The notes under the pieces: model-generated
What the model was told of the DNA's origin: nothing
The model's database searches: none
What the model saw: the letters and a program-made list of their open reading frames with translations, nothing else
Position numbers and translations under genes: made by a program
Assembly: GCA_963701855.1 (NCBI GenBank)
Contig: CAVPBK010000003.1
Location: 64,001-128,000 of the forward strand
From: Nitrospirota bacterium
Lineage (GTDB): Bacteria > Nitrospirota > Nitrospiria > Nitrospirales > Nitrospiraceae
Direction of reading: 5' to 3'
DNA length: 64,000 nucleotides
Part shown: piece after piece, positions 26,101-36,550 of the stretch
Layout of the letters: each line of letters opens with the position of its first letter
Position numbering within the stretch: position 1 is the stretch's first letter

Positions 26101-29100
26101 GAAGGTGCTCGGATTGGTGACCGCCAGCTCGTCGTCAACGCCGTCGAACGACAGCGCGGTGCCGTGGGAGGCCTGGCCCGCGACCCAGGCCGGGCCGTTA
26201 ATCAGCGTGCCGGCGTGGCCGTTGCCGGACAGATCCGCGGTGGTGATGCTGGTCCCTTCAGTAAAAGCGTAGGCGTCCACCAGGCCGGTGGCGGCGGCGG
26301 TGGTGGCGCTGGCAATATTGGAGTACCCGCTGAAGTTACCCGCCGCATCGGTGGCGCGCACCTGATACTGGTACGTGGTTGAGGGCAGCAGACCAGTGTC
26401 GTTGTAGGTCGTGCCGCTCGGGGTCGCGATCTGCGCAAAGGTGGTGCAGGTCGTCCCCTGACACCGTTCGAGCCCATAGCCCGTCACCCCGACGTTGTCG
26501 GTGGCGGCGGTCCAGTTCAGCGTGATTTGGCTGCTGCCGGAGGCGGTGGCCCCTAGCCCCGTTGGGGCCGTGGGCGGGGTCGTATCGAGCGCTGGCGTGG
26601 TGGCACTGGCAATCGTGGAATAAGGTCCCAGATTGCTCGCCGCATCGATGGCTCGTACCTGATAGCGGTAGGTGGTCAAGGGGGTGAGGCCCGTGTCGCC
26701 GAAGCTGGTGCCGATCGGTTGCCCCACTTCGAGAAAGTTGACACAGCCGGCGTCGGCGCACCGTTCGACGCGATAGCCGGTGACGCCGACGTTATCGGTC
26801 GCGGTCGTCCAGGTGAGATTGATCTGCGTCGCATTCACCGCCGTCGCGGTCGGCGTTCCCGGCGCGGTGGGCGGGGTCGTGTCCGGGCCCGGCGGACTCA
26901 CCGGGGTATTCATATCCGTCACGACCTCGGCGGCCGACAAGATGCGCGTGTAGATTCGCACGTCGTCGAGCGTGCCTGAGAAGGTGTTGTTTTGAGCCCC
27001 GGACTTGAGCGTGCCGAACTTGACGAGATGATCGGCGCCGTCTGCTGTGAGACTGAATGTCGCCGTCGTCGTCAGCACGCCGTCGATGTAGATCTTGAGC
27101 GCGTTCGTCGTGGCGCTGTGCGTGACCGTGTAGTGATGCCAGTTGAGATCCGTGATCGTGCTCGACAGGACGTCGGTGTTGTTCGCGCCGAAGGCCAGCA
27201 CGTTGTTGGCCTTGAAGTAGAACTCTTTGTAGCCCGCCGTTGAGGTGGCATTGTTGAACTTGCTGAAGAGGTGCTGCTGATGCCCGTCCAGGACGTTGCG
27301 TTGCGCCCAGAGCTCGAGCGTAAAGTCTTGCGTGCCGAAGTTGAAGGTGCTCGGATTGGTGACCGCCAGCTCGTCGTTGACGCCGTCGAACGACAGCGCG
27401 GTGCCGTGGGAGGCCTGGCCCGCGACCCAGGCCGGGCCGTTAATCAGTGTGCCGGCGTGGCCGTTGCCGGACAGATCCGCGGTGGTGGTGCTGGTCCCCT
27501 CGTTCATCCCGTACAACAACACCGGGGCGGCGGGGGGTGGAGGATTCACGGGAGTCGTGATCGATTTCGTGTCGGTCAGTCCAGAACTATCGGTCGCCGT
27601 GAGAATAAATTCATAGGCCCAGGTCCCTAAAGGATCGTGGTTATCGACGGGAAAGCTGCCGCCACTGCCGGTGGTGTCGATAAACGGATGGATGTGCGTG
27701 TTGTGGTGGAGCAGGACCGTCCAGTGCAACGCAGTACTGGGCAACGGCCCGACGACATCGGGGTCGGTGGCTGCCCCGTGGTAGGTGGCCGTCTGGCCCA
27801 CCGTAAATTGGGCCCCTGTGGTCGGCAGGTCAATGGTGGCGACTGGGGGTGTGCTACCCACCACGACCGTGAGCGAGGCTGTGGACTTCGCGCCGAGGGG
27901 GTCCGTCACGGTCAAGCGCACCGGGAACGTCGCGACGCCACCGGCGGTATAGGTATGAACCGGATTCGGATCCGTATCGGTGGCGCCATCCCCAAACTCC
28001 CATAGATAGGTCAGCGCGCCGCCTTCCGGGTCGGACGACGCGGCGCTGGAGAAGCCGACCTGGAGCGGCGAATACCCAGCGGCAGGCGTCGTCGTCGCGG
28101 CGGCGGCAAACGGCGGGAAATTCGATCCGGTGCCACTGGTATTCCGAATGCGGGCGATTTCCCCCGTCGTGAACACCACGTAATAGAGTAACCCGTCCGG
28201 TCCCAATTCGATCGCCACGACCCCCCCATTGACATTCCCAATGGCCGAGGCGAAATCCAGCACACTCTGCACATTGCCGCTGCCATCAAACACCATCCGC
28301 TTCATCCACCCCTTGGGGTAATCCGCAAAGAAGAAGTTGCCCCGATAGGCGACCGGATATTGCGCACCGGTAAAAAACGCACCGCCGATCGCCGCACTCC
28401 CCACCGAGTGATCATAGGTGTAGCTGGGACTCGTCACGACCGCCGACGTGACCGGCTGACATTGGGCGGGAAAGGCGGCCTGATACCCCGGCTGTTGCCC
28501 GTTGCCCTCCCAGCAGGGCCACCCATAATTCGCCCCGGGCGTCCCTATATTGATTTCCTCCCAATTGTTCCACCCGACATCCCCGATATACGGCAGGCCG
28601 GTGGTTGGGTGCACGCCAAACCGAAAGGGATTCCGGAGCCCATAGGCCCAGACCTTGGACCGAATGCTATTGGTCCCGTCATTAAACGGATTTACGGTCA
28701 GCGGCGCTTGGGGCGCACTGCCATCGGGTTTAATGCGCAGAATCTTCCCGGCATAGCTATCGAGACTTTGGGACCGCAGGGCCAGCACATCGGCAAAGCT
28801 CGCCGACGCGCCGTCCCCGTGACTGGCAAAGAGCGTCCCGTCCTGGAGGAAACGGAGACTCCCGACGGAGTGCGTATAGCTATCTGTTGGAATACAGTCC
28901 GTCCCCACGGGATACTGGCTACAGGGGGGCACATCGACCGTGCCTAAGAGAATCACCTCGCTATTCGCCAGCATCACGTCGGGATTGTTGGGATCGGCGG
29001 TCACCCGACTCAGGTGGTCGGTCTTGGGGGTCGTATCGTTGGGATTGCCCCCGGCCTCGTACGTGTAGAACAGGTACACCCAGCCATTGGCCGCAAAGTT

Positions 29101-29424
29101 CGGGTCCAACGCCACGCCCAAAAATCCATGATCGGTATAGGTGTTGACCTTGCTGGAAAAATCCAAGAACGGAGTGGGCAGGAGGACGCCATTCTTGACA
29201 ATCCGAATGACTCCGTCCCGCTGCCAAATAAACAGTCTCCCGTCCGGCGTGAAGGTGAGCCCCACCGGCTTAAAGGGCGCAAGGGTAACGACCGGCTCCG
29301 AGAAAAACCCCGCACCAGCATCCGTGAAGGTGATGGCCGCGAGGGGCGGCGGCGCTAGCGTGATCAGGAAGAGCAGTATGAGGCCCTGCAGCAGCACCGT
29401 TATGTGTCCACGTTTCGTGCCCAT
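23165..29424 (-). CDS. Giant secreted protein A (~2080 aa if repaired): sugar-dehydrogenase-like propeller + PKD + LamG-(FN3-FN3-LamG)x3; three 1-nt indels in the distal repeats
   Basis: ORF 24307-29547 (likely start ATG 29424 with AAGGA RBS and signal peptide), GKILRI, YGLRNPFRF, NYGWPCWEG, YLWEFGDG; continues in 23346-24896 and 23165-23653. Confidence 0.9.
23175..27500. repeat. About 3.5 near-identical 1242-bp tandem units in protein A
   Basis: Anchor tcggcggccgacaaga at 23202, 24442, 25685, 26927 (periods 1240, 1243, 1242). Confidence 0.95.
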
Positions 29425-29619
29425 CGCGCGTTTCCTTCTTCTTAGAGAACATGGTGGGGTCCGCGTCTGGGCGGGCTCCCACCTAGGGAGTCCGCCGGGT
29501 TTGTTACCTAACCGGGTGGCGAGGTTCGTGCGACGATGAGCATGCACCGACTCCTCGATAGCTTGGAGGGAATGGCCGTGTCGGCGAGGACCGGCACGGG
29601 GTGAACTCTTACGAGCAAT

Positions 29620-32019
29620 TTACCGGACATGGATGGTTACCTCCTGGTCCGGCGCGGCTGGAAGGGATTGCCCGGCTGGGGTGCGTTGCCGAAGATGAAT
29701 CGTATGCGTGCCTGGAGTCACGGCTTGAAAAATGAGGCTGGCGACCGTATTGCCCTGGTTGTTCGCGGCTTGGATCGCGAGGTCGATTTGTCCGGTCGTC
29801 GCGCTCGTCGCGACTTGGGCTGCTCCAGACACCACGCGCTGAAACTGGAGCCCGGCGCTGTCATAGGTTATGCGGGCGATAGATCCGACCAGGTTGTTCA
29901 ACAGGGTTCCGTCGATGTCGAGCCGGAGTTCCTGACCCATGGTGGCTGAAAGTTCTCCCGGCGCAATCCTAAGTTGGTTTTCAATGCGGGCCACTTTATC
30001 CGGACCTTCTCCGGACTGCTGCGGCGAGAGAACTGGTCCGGATTCTCGTGGTGCCGGAGTAACCTTGGCCGTCGACCGTCCCTGGTCCTGTGAGCCGAGT
30101 GCATCAGTTGGTCGCGATGAGGCCTGGGCTATCGCCGAGGGGTGTCCCGGTTCTGTTGAGAGCGGCGTCGATTTATATGTGGTCGGAACGACGTACGGTG
30201 CAAAGAGAGGCGTGGTGGAGTAGTTTGTTTCCGTGCCGGACCAGAAGGCCTGAGCTTCCAGTCCCGGTGTGTCCAGTTTACGGACAATATGCGGCGTGAT
30301 CGTCAACACAATCTCGGTGGCAACTGTGTCTACCTGCGTGGTTGAAAAGAGCTGCCCGATCAATGGAATGTCGCCCAGGATGGGGACCGACTGACGAGTC
30401 TTTTTCACGTCGTCTTGAATCAGTCCTCCAAGGACAATGGTTTCATCGTCCCTGAGCATGAGGACTGTTTCTGCTGTGCGGGTGCCGAATCTGAACTGTT
30501 GGATTAAGGGACTGGTCTGAAGCGTCACCTGGTCTCCCAGTCTCGTGACCTCCACTTTGATCTTGAGAGTGAGCTGGTCGTCGAGATGGATAACCGGTTC
30601 GACGGTGAGCTTTACGCCGGTGTCCTTAAATTCGATGGAGGTGACCGTCAACGTCGTCGGAACGGCTCCGGTTGCGGCCTGACCCGGCAAGACGTTGGTG
30701 GTCGAGAGGAGGATCGGTTGTTTGTCTCCGATCTGGATCGAAGCCGGTTTGTTATTCAAGACTCTCAATTTCGGTGCCGCCAACGTTTTGGCGTTGGTAT
30801 CATTTCGGAAGAAGTCGACCAGCACGCTTCCGGGAATTGTAAAGAGATAGCTCCCGCTTCCGAGGCTCGTTAGTTGTTGGAACGTGAATTGGCTGGTGAT
30901 GGGAGATGTGGTTGAGACCGTGCCGTTGAAGCCGGGAGGGACGACTGCGGCGCCGGCCACCTTGGCGAAGTTGACTCCGTACTTCAGGCTCTTGTTACGA
31001 TCCACTTCGAGGATTTCCACGTCAAGCAGGACTTCGGGGTCCGGACGGTCCACCGCATTCAAGGCTCGTTCAGCCAGCTGGAGCTTGGCCGGCTCATCCC
31101 GAATGACGAGTGCATTGATCTTCTCGTCCACGTAGACCCGTTTGCCATCAATCATCAATCGAACAAGATTCGCGACATCCTTGGCTTTGGCATGTGAAAG
31201 ATAAAAAGTGCGGATCATGAGGTCCTGGTATTGCGCCTGTTTCGGTTTGGTGTTCGGCAAGATCAACAGGGTATTGCGGTTGAGGCGTTGGGCCGTAACG
31301 TTATTGGTATTCAGGATGAGGTTGAGGGCCTCATCAAACGACATGTCTTTGATAAACACGGTCACAGGGTCGTCGGAGACTTCCTTATCGAAAATCACAT
31401 TCAGGCCCGCGGTCCGCGCGACCACTTGAAATACTTCTTTCAGCTTCGCATTCTGAAACCGGAGCGTAATCGGTTGGCTTGACGTTCCGATGCTCTTGGC
31501 TGAGAGCTGTTGGGCCGTGACCTGAGTAATGCCGGTCAGTGCCTCGGCCAGATCGGGATCCGCCTCTGCAGCCTGTTCATACGCTGTCATCGCCTCGTCA
31601 AGGCGACCAACGCCCTGCAGTTTTTTCCCTGCTTGAACCTGGTCGCGCGCAAACTTCATCCGCATAGCATCGCCAACCGCCGTTTGGTGTAGGCGCCGAG
31701 ACGGATCGAAACCCAGTGCAATCTTGAATTCGCGAAGCGCCCCGAGGATGTTGTCCTCCGAAAGATATTGTTTCCCCTGGGCGTGATGTTGGTCGGCAGC
31801 CTGCGTCTTCGCCTCATCAAGATGACGTTGGATCTCTGCATCAAACGGATTGTCCTTGGAGGCTTGTCTGTAGGCCGCCACCGCCTCCTCCCATTTGCCC
31901 TCCTGTGCCAACCGGTCAGCCCGTTGTAAATTCGAGTTAGCACAGCCCGATGTTAGAAGTGCGGCGAGCAAGAACAGGAGAGATACGCTTGTAAAGTGTT
32001 GTGGGTGAGTCACAATCAT
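29620..32019 (-). CDS. Secretin (GspD-like) lipoprotein with N-terminal TPRs, STN/N domains and a C-terminal cohesin-like domain
   Basis: Lipobox LTSGC, TPR-like helices, TLAAPKLRVLNNKPASIQIG, ETIVLGGLI, VPILGDIPLIGQLF, EIVLTITPHIVR. Confidence 0.94.
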   Translation of the reverse strand: MIVTHPQHFTSVSLLFLLAALLTSGCANSNLQRADRLAQEGKWEEAVAAYRQASKDNPFDAEIQRHLDEAKTQAADQHHAQGKQYLSEDNILGALREFKIALGFDPSRRLHQTAVGDAMRMKFARDQVQAGKKLQGVGRLDEAMTAYEQAAEADPDLAEALTGITQVTAQQLSAKSIGTSSQPITLRFQNAKLKEVFQVVARTAGLNVIFDKEVSDDPVTVFIKDMSFDEALNLILNTNNVTAQRLNRNTLLILPNTKPKQAQYQDLMIRTFYLSHAKAKDVANLVRLMIDGKRVYVDEKINALVIRDEPAKLQLAERALNAVDRPDPEVLLDVEILEVDRNKSLKYGVNFAKVAGAAVVPPGFNGTVSTTSPITSQFTFQQLTSLGSGSYLFTIPGSVLVDFFRNDTNAKTLAAPKLRVLNNKPASIQIGDKQPILLSTTNVLPGQAATGAVPTTLTVTSIEFKDTGVKLTVEPVIHLDDQLTLKIKVEVTRLGDQVTLQTSPLIQQFRFGTRTAETVLMLRDDETIVLGGLIQDDVKKTRQSVPILGDIPLIGQLFSTTQVDTVATEIVLTITPHIVRKLDTPGLEAQAFWSGTETNYSTTPLFAPYVVPTTYKSTPLSTEPGHPSAIAQASSRPTDALGSQDQGRSTAKVTPAPRESGPVLSPQQSGEGPDKVARIENQLRIAPGELSATMGQELRLDIDGTLLNNLVGSIARITYDSAGLQFQRVVSGAAQVATSATTGQIDLAIQAANNQGNTVASLIFQAVTPGTHTIHLRQRTPAGQSLPAAPDQEVTIHVR

Positions 32020-32717
32020 TGAAGGCGCTTTCTTCTAGGGCTATGCACGTGGACGGTCTAGGACATTTCCTGGTTGTACGTTCAATCTAGGCACGTTCAA
32101 GGGGCTATTAAACGCGTGGCTCATCGTTTGCGCAATGCCCACAAAGAGCTAATGCTCCCTCCAAAGTATTTACGTAATTCTATTGTTATGAGGCAGGAAT
32201 TGAGAGGATAGCTTGTCCCATGAGGGGATTTGCCAGCAGTTCGGGTGTACAGTTTTGCTCTAGAAAGGTCGCGGAGAAATCTTGATCCTCGGCCATTGTC
32301 TGGGATTTGCTGAAAGGCAGCGAAGGCGAATATATAGGAGGGTGACAAACGCGAGAATATTTGGAACCAATCGAATGGTGTGAGGACTGCTAAGCTGTTG
32401 TTCCGCAACCGAGACAGATTGGACCAAGGCAGGCTGTTCAGCAAGGGGGCGGTTAGGGGCACAGCTAAGATGGCCAAGATAGAGGGAGCGATCCAAGTGC
32501 TGGGTTTTGACATAGGAATCGTTGAGGATGTTCGGTAACATCTCAAAGTGTAGCGGATGGGATTGGAGAGTCAATGAATTGGGAGAAATGAGCAGAGGTG
32601 TGATCGTGAGTACGTGAGAAAGGGCGAGATGTCTAGCAGGATTATGAAAACCTGCCGAGCCATAACAAGCGATAGAACTCCTTTGGCCTGCTCGTCTGGG
32701 AGAAGAAGAGCTCCCCG

Positions 32718-32847
32718 TAGGATGCTCAAAAAGGCTGGATTCCTCCTCACTCAGCCCTGGCGCGTGGAGATGCACCTTGTCCCAAGCAAGGCCGTAGTAA
32801 GCGAAGAAGCGGTGCGTGCTTGGTTTGGTGTGGGGAGCCTTTGAGCG
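32718..32847. repeat. Family A repeat, partial
   Basis: aggatgctcaaaaaggc...ccctggcg...gtcccaagcaaggccg matches the reverse complement of 42716-42837. Confidence 0.65.
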
Positions 32848-32862
32848 AAGGCTGACACGACC

Positions 32863-33265
32863 AGGCCACACCTTCGATGGACGCTATCTCTTTGCGCCAG
32901 CTGTTGTCAGACTCGCAACGCATGAGCTCTTCGAGTCGTTCAGGCCGATCATCGGAGATTACCGGACACTTTCAATTGTTCAGCCACGATGGGAACAGAC
33001 CATCCCGATCGGCGAGATCATCTACGTGGATCGATTCGCCAATCTTATCTCAAACCTCACGCCGGCCCATCTTGAAGAGGTCTCCTCGGCCACGAAACGG
33101 CGGAAACTCTTCCTTCGGATCGGTGACCGAGTTGTCGAGGGGTTGGTGAATAGTTACAGCGAGGGGATAGAGAAGAAGTCCTCCGTACTCATCAATAGCG
33201 ATGGCAAACTCGAAGTCATTCTGAAAGAAGCCGCTGCCGCCGATCTCCTCCAGATAAAGAAGTGA
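32863..33265 (+). pseudogene. 5'-truncated second copy of the DUF62 / SAM hydroxide adenosyltransferase gene
   Basis: GHTFDGRYLFAPA, GEIIYVDRFANLISNL, GLVNSYSEG, LINSDGKLEV align with the C-terminal half of 10820-11617. Confidence 0.85.
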
Positions 33266-33299
33266 GGGCGCATCGAAGTTTCGTGAGGTTGCACTTTTG

Positions 33300-33951
33300 A
33301 ACTCAGACCAACCATTACAGACTATCCCACTTAATACTGAGACCCTCGATAAATCCATCAAGGTTTCTTTTGGCCTCGTCGAATAGGGCATCCTCAGATT
33401 GTCCCTGCGAGGCTGTGATGCCGGCGGAGACTTCATACATATAGATGCCATACATGAAAATACTGTCCGCTTTATATCAATCGTTTTTCCGTGTGATCAG
33501 CTCGCCTCCCTCCATTTCTTGAGAGACCAGCGGACTCCCTTCCTTCTTTAATCCAACCAGCCGTAATTCTTTCCCGCGAGCTGAGTCTACATAGCGGTTT
33601 TCGCGGAACAACTCGCTTGCCATGGAATCGTCCGATATTTTCTCAACGGTGAATTTCTCGACGGTATTATCGATGCGGAGTATGCGATAAGCCGTTTCAG
33701 AAGCATCGCTAAAACTGACACCATGGTTTTCATGGCCTATTATGTAGTGTTCCTCAACCTGCCGGCGTTGAGGTGAGGGAGGGTGACCCTGTAACCGCCA
33801 TCTGGGCTCGTATAGGTTTCATTGCTCAGCCGATCCGAAGGAACATTTGTTTTGACCGAAGCCGAGGGAGGGGTGGCACTGCCGGTCAATGTCGCGAGTA
33901 GGAACAGGCTCAATACACAGAGCAAGGATAGGGTCATGCGGGTGCGTATCA
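33300..33951 (-). pseudogene. Frameshifted secreted hypothetical protein
   Basis: Signal-peptide-like start MIRTRMTLSLLCVLSLFLLA with AGGAG RBS; ORF ends at 33740 but coding-like sequence continues in another frame; 3' end uncertain. Confidence 0.45.
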
Positions 33952-34201
33952 TCGTGTGTCTCCTGTGCAGGCAGAATGTTTTGGGAATGCAGTATTGAGT
34001 CGTGAATGTTAAAGAGGGGAGAGGAATGTTCAATGTGAATTTGTGATCATTCAGGTTAGTGACGAATGACGATGTGCGATTGACGAAGAAGGCTGGACTG
34101 CGATGTGCTACGAAACCTAAGATTCTAAAACCTGAACCTGTTCTTGTGCCCCCGCTATTTGTGTTGTCGTGTAGTCCTGCGACACGGTGCCCGTTCGTTG
34201 C

Positions 34202-35473
34202 TTACATCATTGCAAGCTGAGCCTGCGCCCAGGCGTTGCCCTGGGCGGCGGCTTTTTCGTACCAGCCCCGTGCCATTGTATAGTTCTGCGGTACCCCCCG
34301 CCCGGTGGCATAGAGCTGTCCGATCTGAGCCTGTGCCCAGGCATTGCCCTGAACTGCGGCTTTTTCGTACCAGCTCCGTGCCATTATATAGTCCTGTGGT
34401 ACCCCTCGCCCGTTGGCATACAATTGTCCAAGGTTGTATTGCGCCTGCGAAACACCTTGGGCTGCCGCTTGCTCCCACCACTGTCGTGCTTTCTTATAAT
34501 CTTGCGGCACACCCAGCCCGTCGGCAGATAGCTGACCGAGTTGGTTCTGCGCCCACGCATTACCCTGGGCTGCGGCTTTCTCGTACCACCTTTGTGCCGT
34601 GGTATAGTCCTGCGGCACGCCCCGTCCATTAGCATACAGCTGACCGAGCTGGTTCTGCGCTGACGCATTGCCCTGGCTGCCCAACGTCTTCAGTTGTTGC
34701 AGATCTACGGCTGAGATCATCTCCGCTGGGGAAGCCGGCACACGCCCAGGGGCCTGCGCCAGTTGTCGCTGCATTGCATCAAGGCCATTCAGACGCTCCC
34801 GTTGGGTTTCTGCCATTGGCACACTCCTCGGAGTTGCCACTTGTTCATCTGTCTGAGCGGAGCTGTTGGAAACACTATCCCGTACATCCACGGCGTGGTG
34901 AACATGCGGGTTGTCTTCATCTACAAATGACTCAGCTGTTGGGATCGTCTCCTGTTCAACCTTCTGAGGAGGTTTATTCGAAATAATCACTTTAGATGGT
35001 TTCGTTAGTGCGAATACGATGACGAGGGTAAAGAGTGCGCCTATGGCTAGTATGGCCATTCTGGCACGGGGGAACGGTTGATTTCCTTGAGCCGTTGCGC
35101 CGGCAGTGTGGTCGCCCTCTTTCTTTGTTCGGTGCCGGCGCTGGTAGGTATCCCAGCTCTCACCTTGCTCGGGAGCGGGGCGAATCGGTGCTTGACAGGA
35201 AGGGCAGGTCACAGGCTCAACAGGCTTCGCACTCCGTCCACCGCGGGCACGAAGCCAGTCGTCATACCGCTGTTTCAAGACAGGGTCACTGAGCGTCTCG
35301 AAGGCCACATTAATTTTTCCGGACTTCTCCTCTGCCTTCTTCAGCAGCGTGGGCCGATGGTGGAAGCGGTCGGGGTGCCAGACTTGTAACAAGAGTCGAT
35401 AGGCCTCCTTGATCTCTTCAGGAGTCGCTGTATCCTGAACTTCAAGAATGGTGTAATGGGTCTCCATGCTCAA
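34202..35473 (-). CDS. J-domain + TM + Sel1-repeat protein
   Basis: HYTILEV...EIKEAYR...WHPDR J domain; TM segment; four tandem AQxxLGQLYAxGRGVPQDY...WYEKAAAQG Sel1 repeats. Confidence 0.92.
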   Translation of the reverse strand: MSMETHYTILEVQDTATPEEIKEAYRLLLQVWHPDRFHHRPTLLKKAEEKSGKINVAFETLSDPVLKQRYDDWLRARGGRSAKPVEPVTCPSCQAPIRPAPEQGESWDTYQRRHRTKKEGDHTAGATAQGNQPFPRARMAILAIGALFTLVIVFALTKPSKVIISNKPPQKVEQETIPTAESFVDEDNPHVHHAVDVRDSVSNSSAQTDEQVATPRSVPMAETQRERLNGLDAMQRQLAQAPGRVPASPAEMISAVDLQQLKTLGSQGNASAQNQLGQLYANGRGVPQDYTTAQRWYEKAAAQGNAWAQNQLGQLSADGLGVPQDYKKARQWWEQAAAQGVSQAQYNLGQLYANGRGVPQDYIMARSWYEKAAVQGNAWAQAQIGQLYATGRGVPQNYTMARGWYEKAAAQGNAWAQAQLAMM

Positions 35474-36094
35474 TGCTCCAACAAATTGAACCTGGGCATT
35501 TCCTACGAGCCCAGCGGAAAAGGGAAAAGATCAAGAGCCACATGATACCCTAGTGCAACAATCGGTGAAAAGCATGGACAAGGCAGCGCCAACAGATTAC
35601 TTTTCATGGCCGTTTTGGTCCATCGTTATGTGAAGGGGAGTGAGGGGGTGGGGGCGGAATGATTAATGATTCAGTTGAGTGACGATTTACGAATGACGAA
35701 GAAGGCCGGATCGCCATGCGCTACAAGGTGTTGGATGGCAAGATCCTTACTCTTAGTCTGAAATCGCCGCGACTCTGGCAAGAAAGGATTTCCAAGCCCT
35801 TCCCCTTGACCCTCAGGTTGAGGGCTTGTTCTCGATGTAGGGATCGCGACCGCGCGATCCAGAATTTCCCATGCACCACCTTGTGGTTTGACCGTCCCGC
35901 CTCTAGAGTGGGTTGCCATGAGCTGGATTGATGGCTTAAGGGGCCTGACGGAAGGTCAGTGGGTCACGGTTGGGTTCATGAGTTCCGCCCTGACGTGGCT
36001 TATAATGCTGGTGGCATGGTATATGCGGACGAGGCTGAATACAAACACGAAGCAGCACTTGCCCTTACCAGCGCATCTTCCGTGACCATCTTGT

Positions 36095-36301
36095 TCAACG
36101 ACTTTGACTCGACAGTGGCGGCTCAACTGGTCCGGCCCATTCGCCGGTTAAGTCATTCAGTGTCCGATCATCTGACGTTGCGAGGTAGAGCCCATCTCCG
36201 TCGTCATCGATGAAGTGCAGAACCTTCGCGGTGTTTCCGTCGGATTGACCGCGATACCAATACCACCCTGTTTTTGTCGGCTTCGCCGTCGTCCAGGTCA
36301 C
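36095..36301 (-). CDS. Small hypothetical protein (W..KP...GWYW...WAGP.EPP type)
   Basis: Trp-rich motif pattern, GGAG RBS upstream of GTG. Confidence 0.55.
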   Translation of the reverse strand: MTWTTAKPTKTGWYWYRGQSDGNTAKVLHFIDDDGDGLYLATSDDRTLNDLTGEWAGPVEPPLSSQSR

Positions 36302-36550
36302 TCCGCTACCTCCCCAACCCAGGTCAATGAGGGTTTATTGCAAATGTTCCGTTACTGCTTACTGCTATTCAGCAGCAGCCTCTTCTTCTCCACCTCCTGT
36401 GGGTAGGCTTTCCTCCTGATTCCGTCCATCTTTGTGCCTGCGAGGATCTATCTATATATATAGCCTATTACTTTACTACCCAACGAAGTCAACAGTCATG
36501 CCTGGTCAAAAATATTCCGTTTCGAGTTGTGCGATGGTTCCGACGATGGC

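Noticed and set aside
16954..27500. Long near-identical repeats as DGR template/variable regions or a CRISPR array
   Set aside because: Units are 1.24-kb in-frame protein modules, differences are not adenine-specific, and there is no reverse transcriptase, cas gene or spacer structure.
17123..27630. Many plus-strand and alternate-frame ORFs over the giant genes (e.g. 17123-18151, 18514-19395)
   Set aside because: Shadow ORFs of GC-rich repetitive coding sequence with no recognisable motifs.
32121..32871. ORFs in the AT-rich region upstream of the secretin
   Set aside because: No domain features; more likely regulatory DNA plus repeat remnants. No sigma54 or riboswitch motif could be supported.
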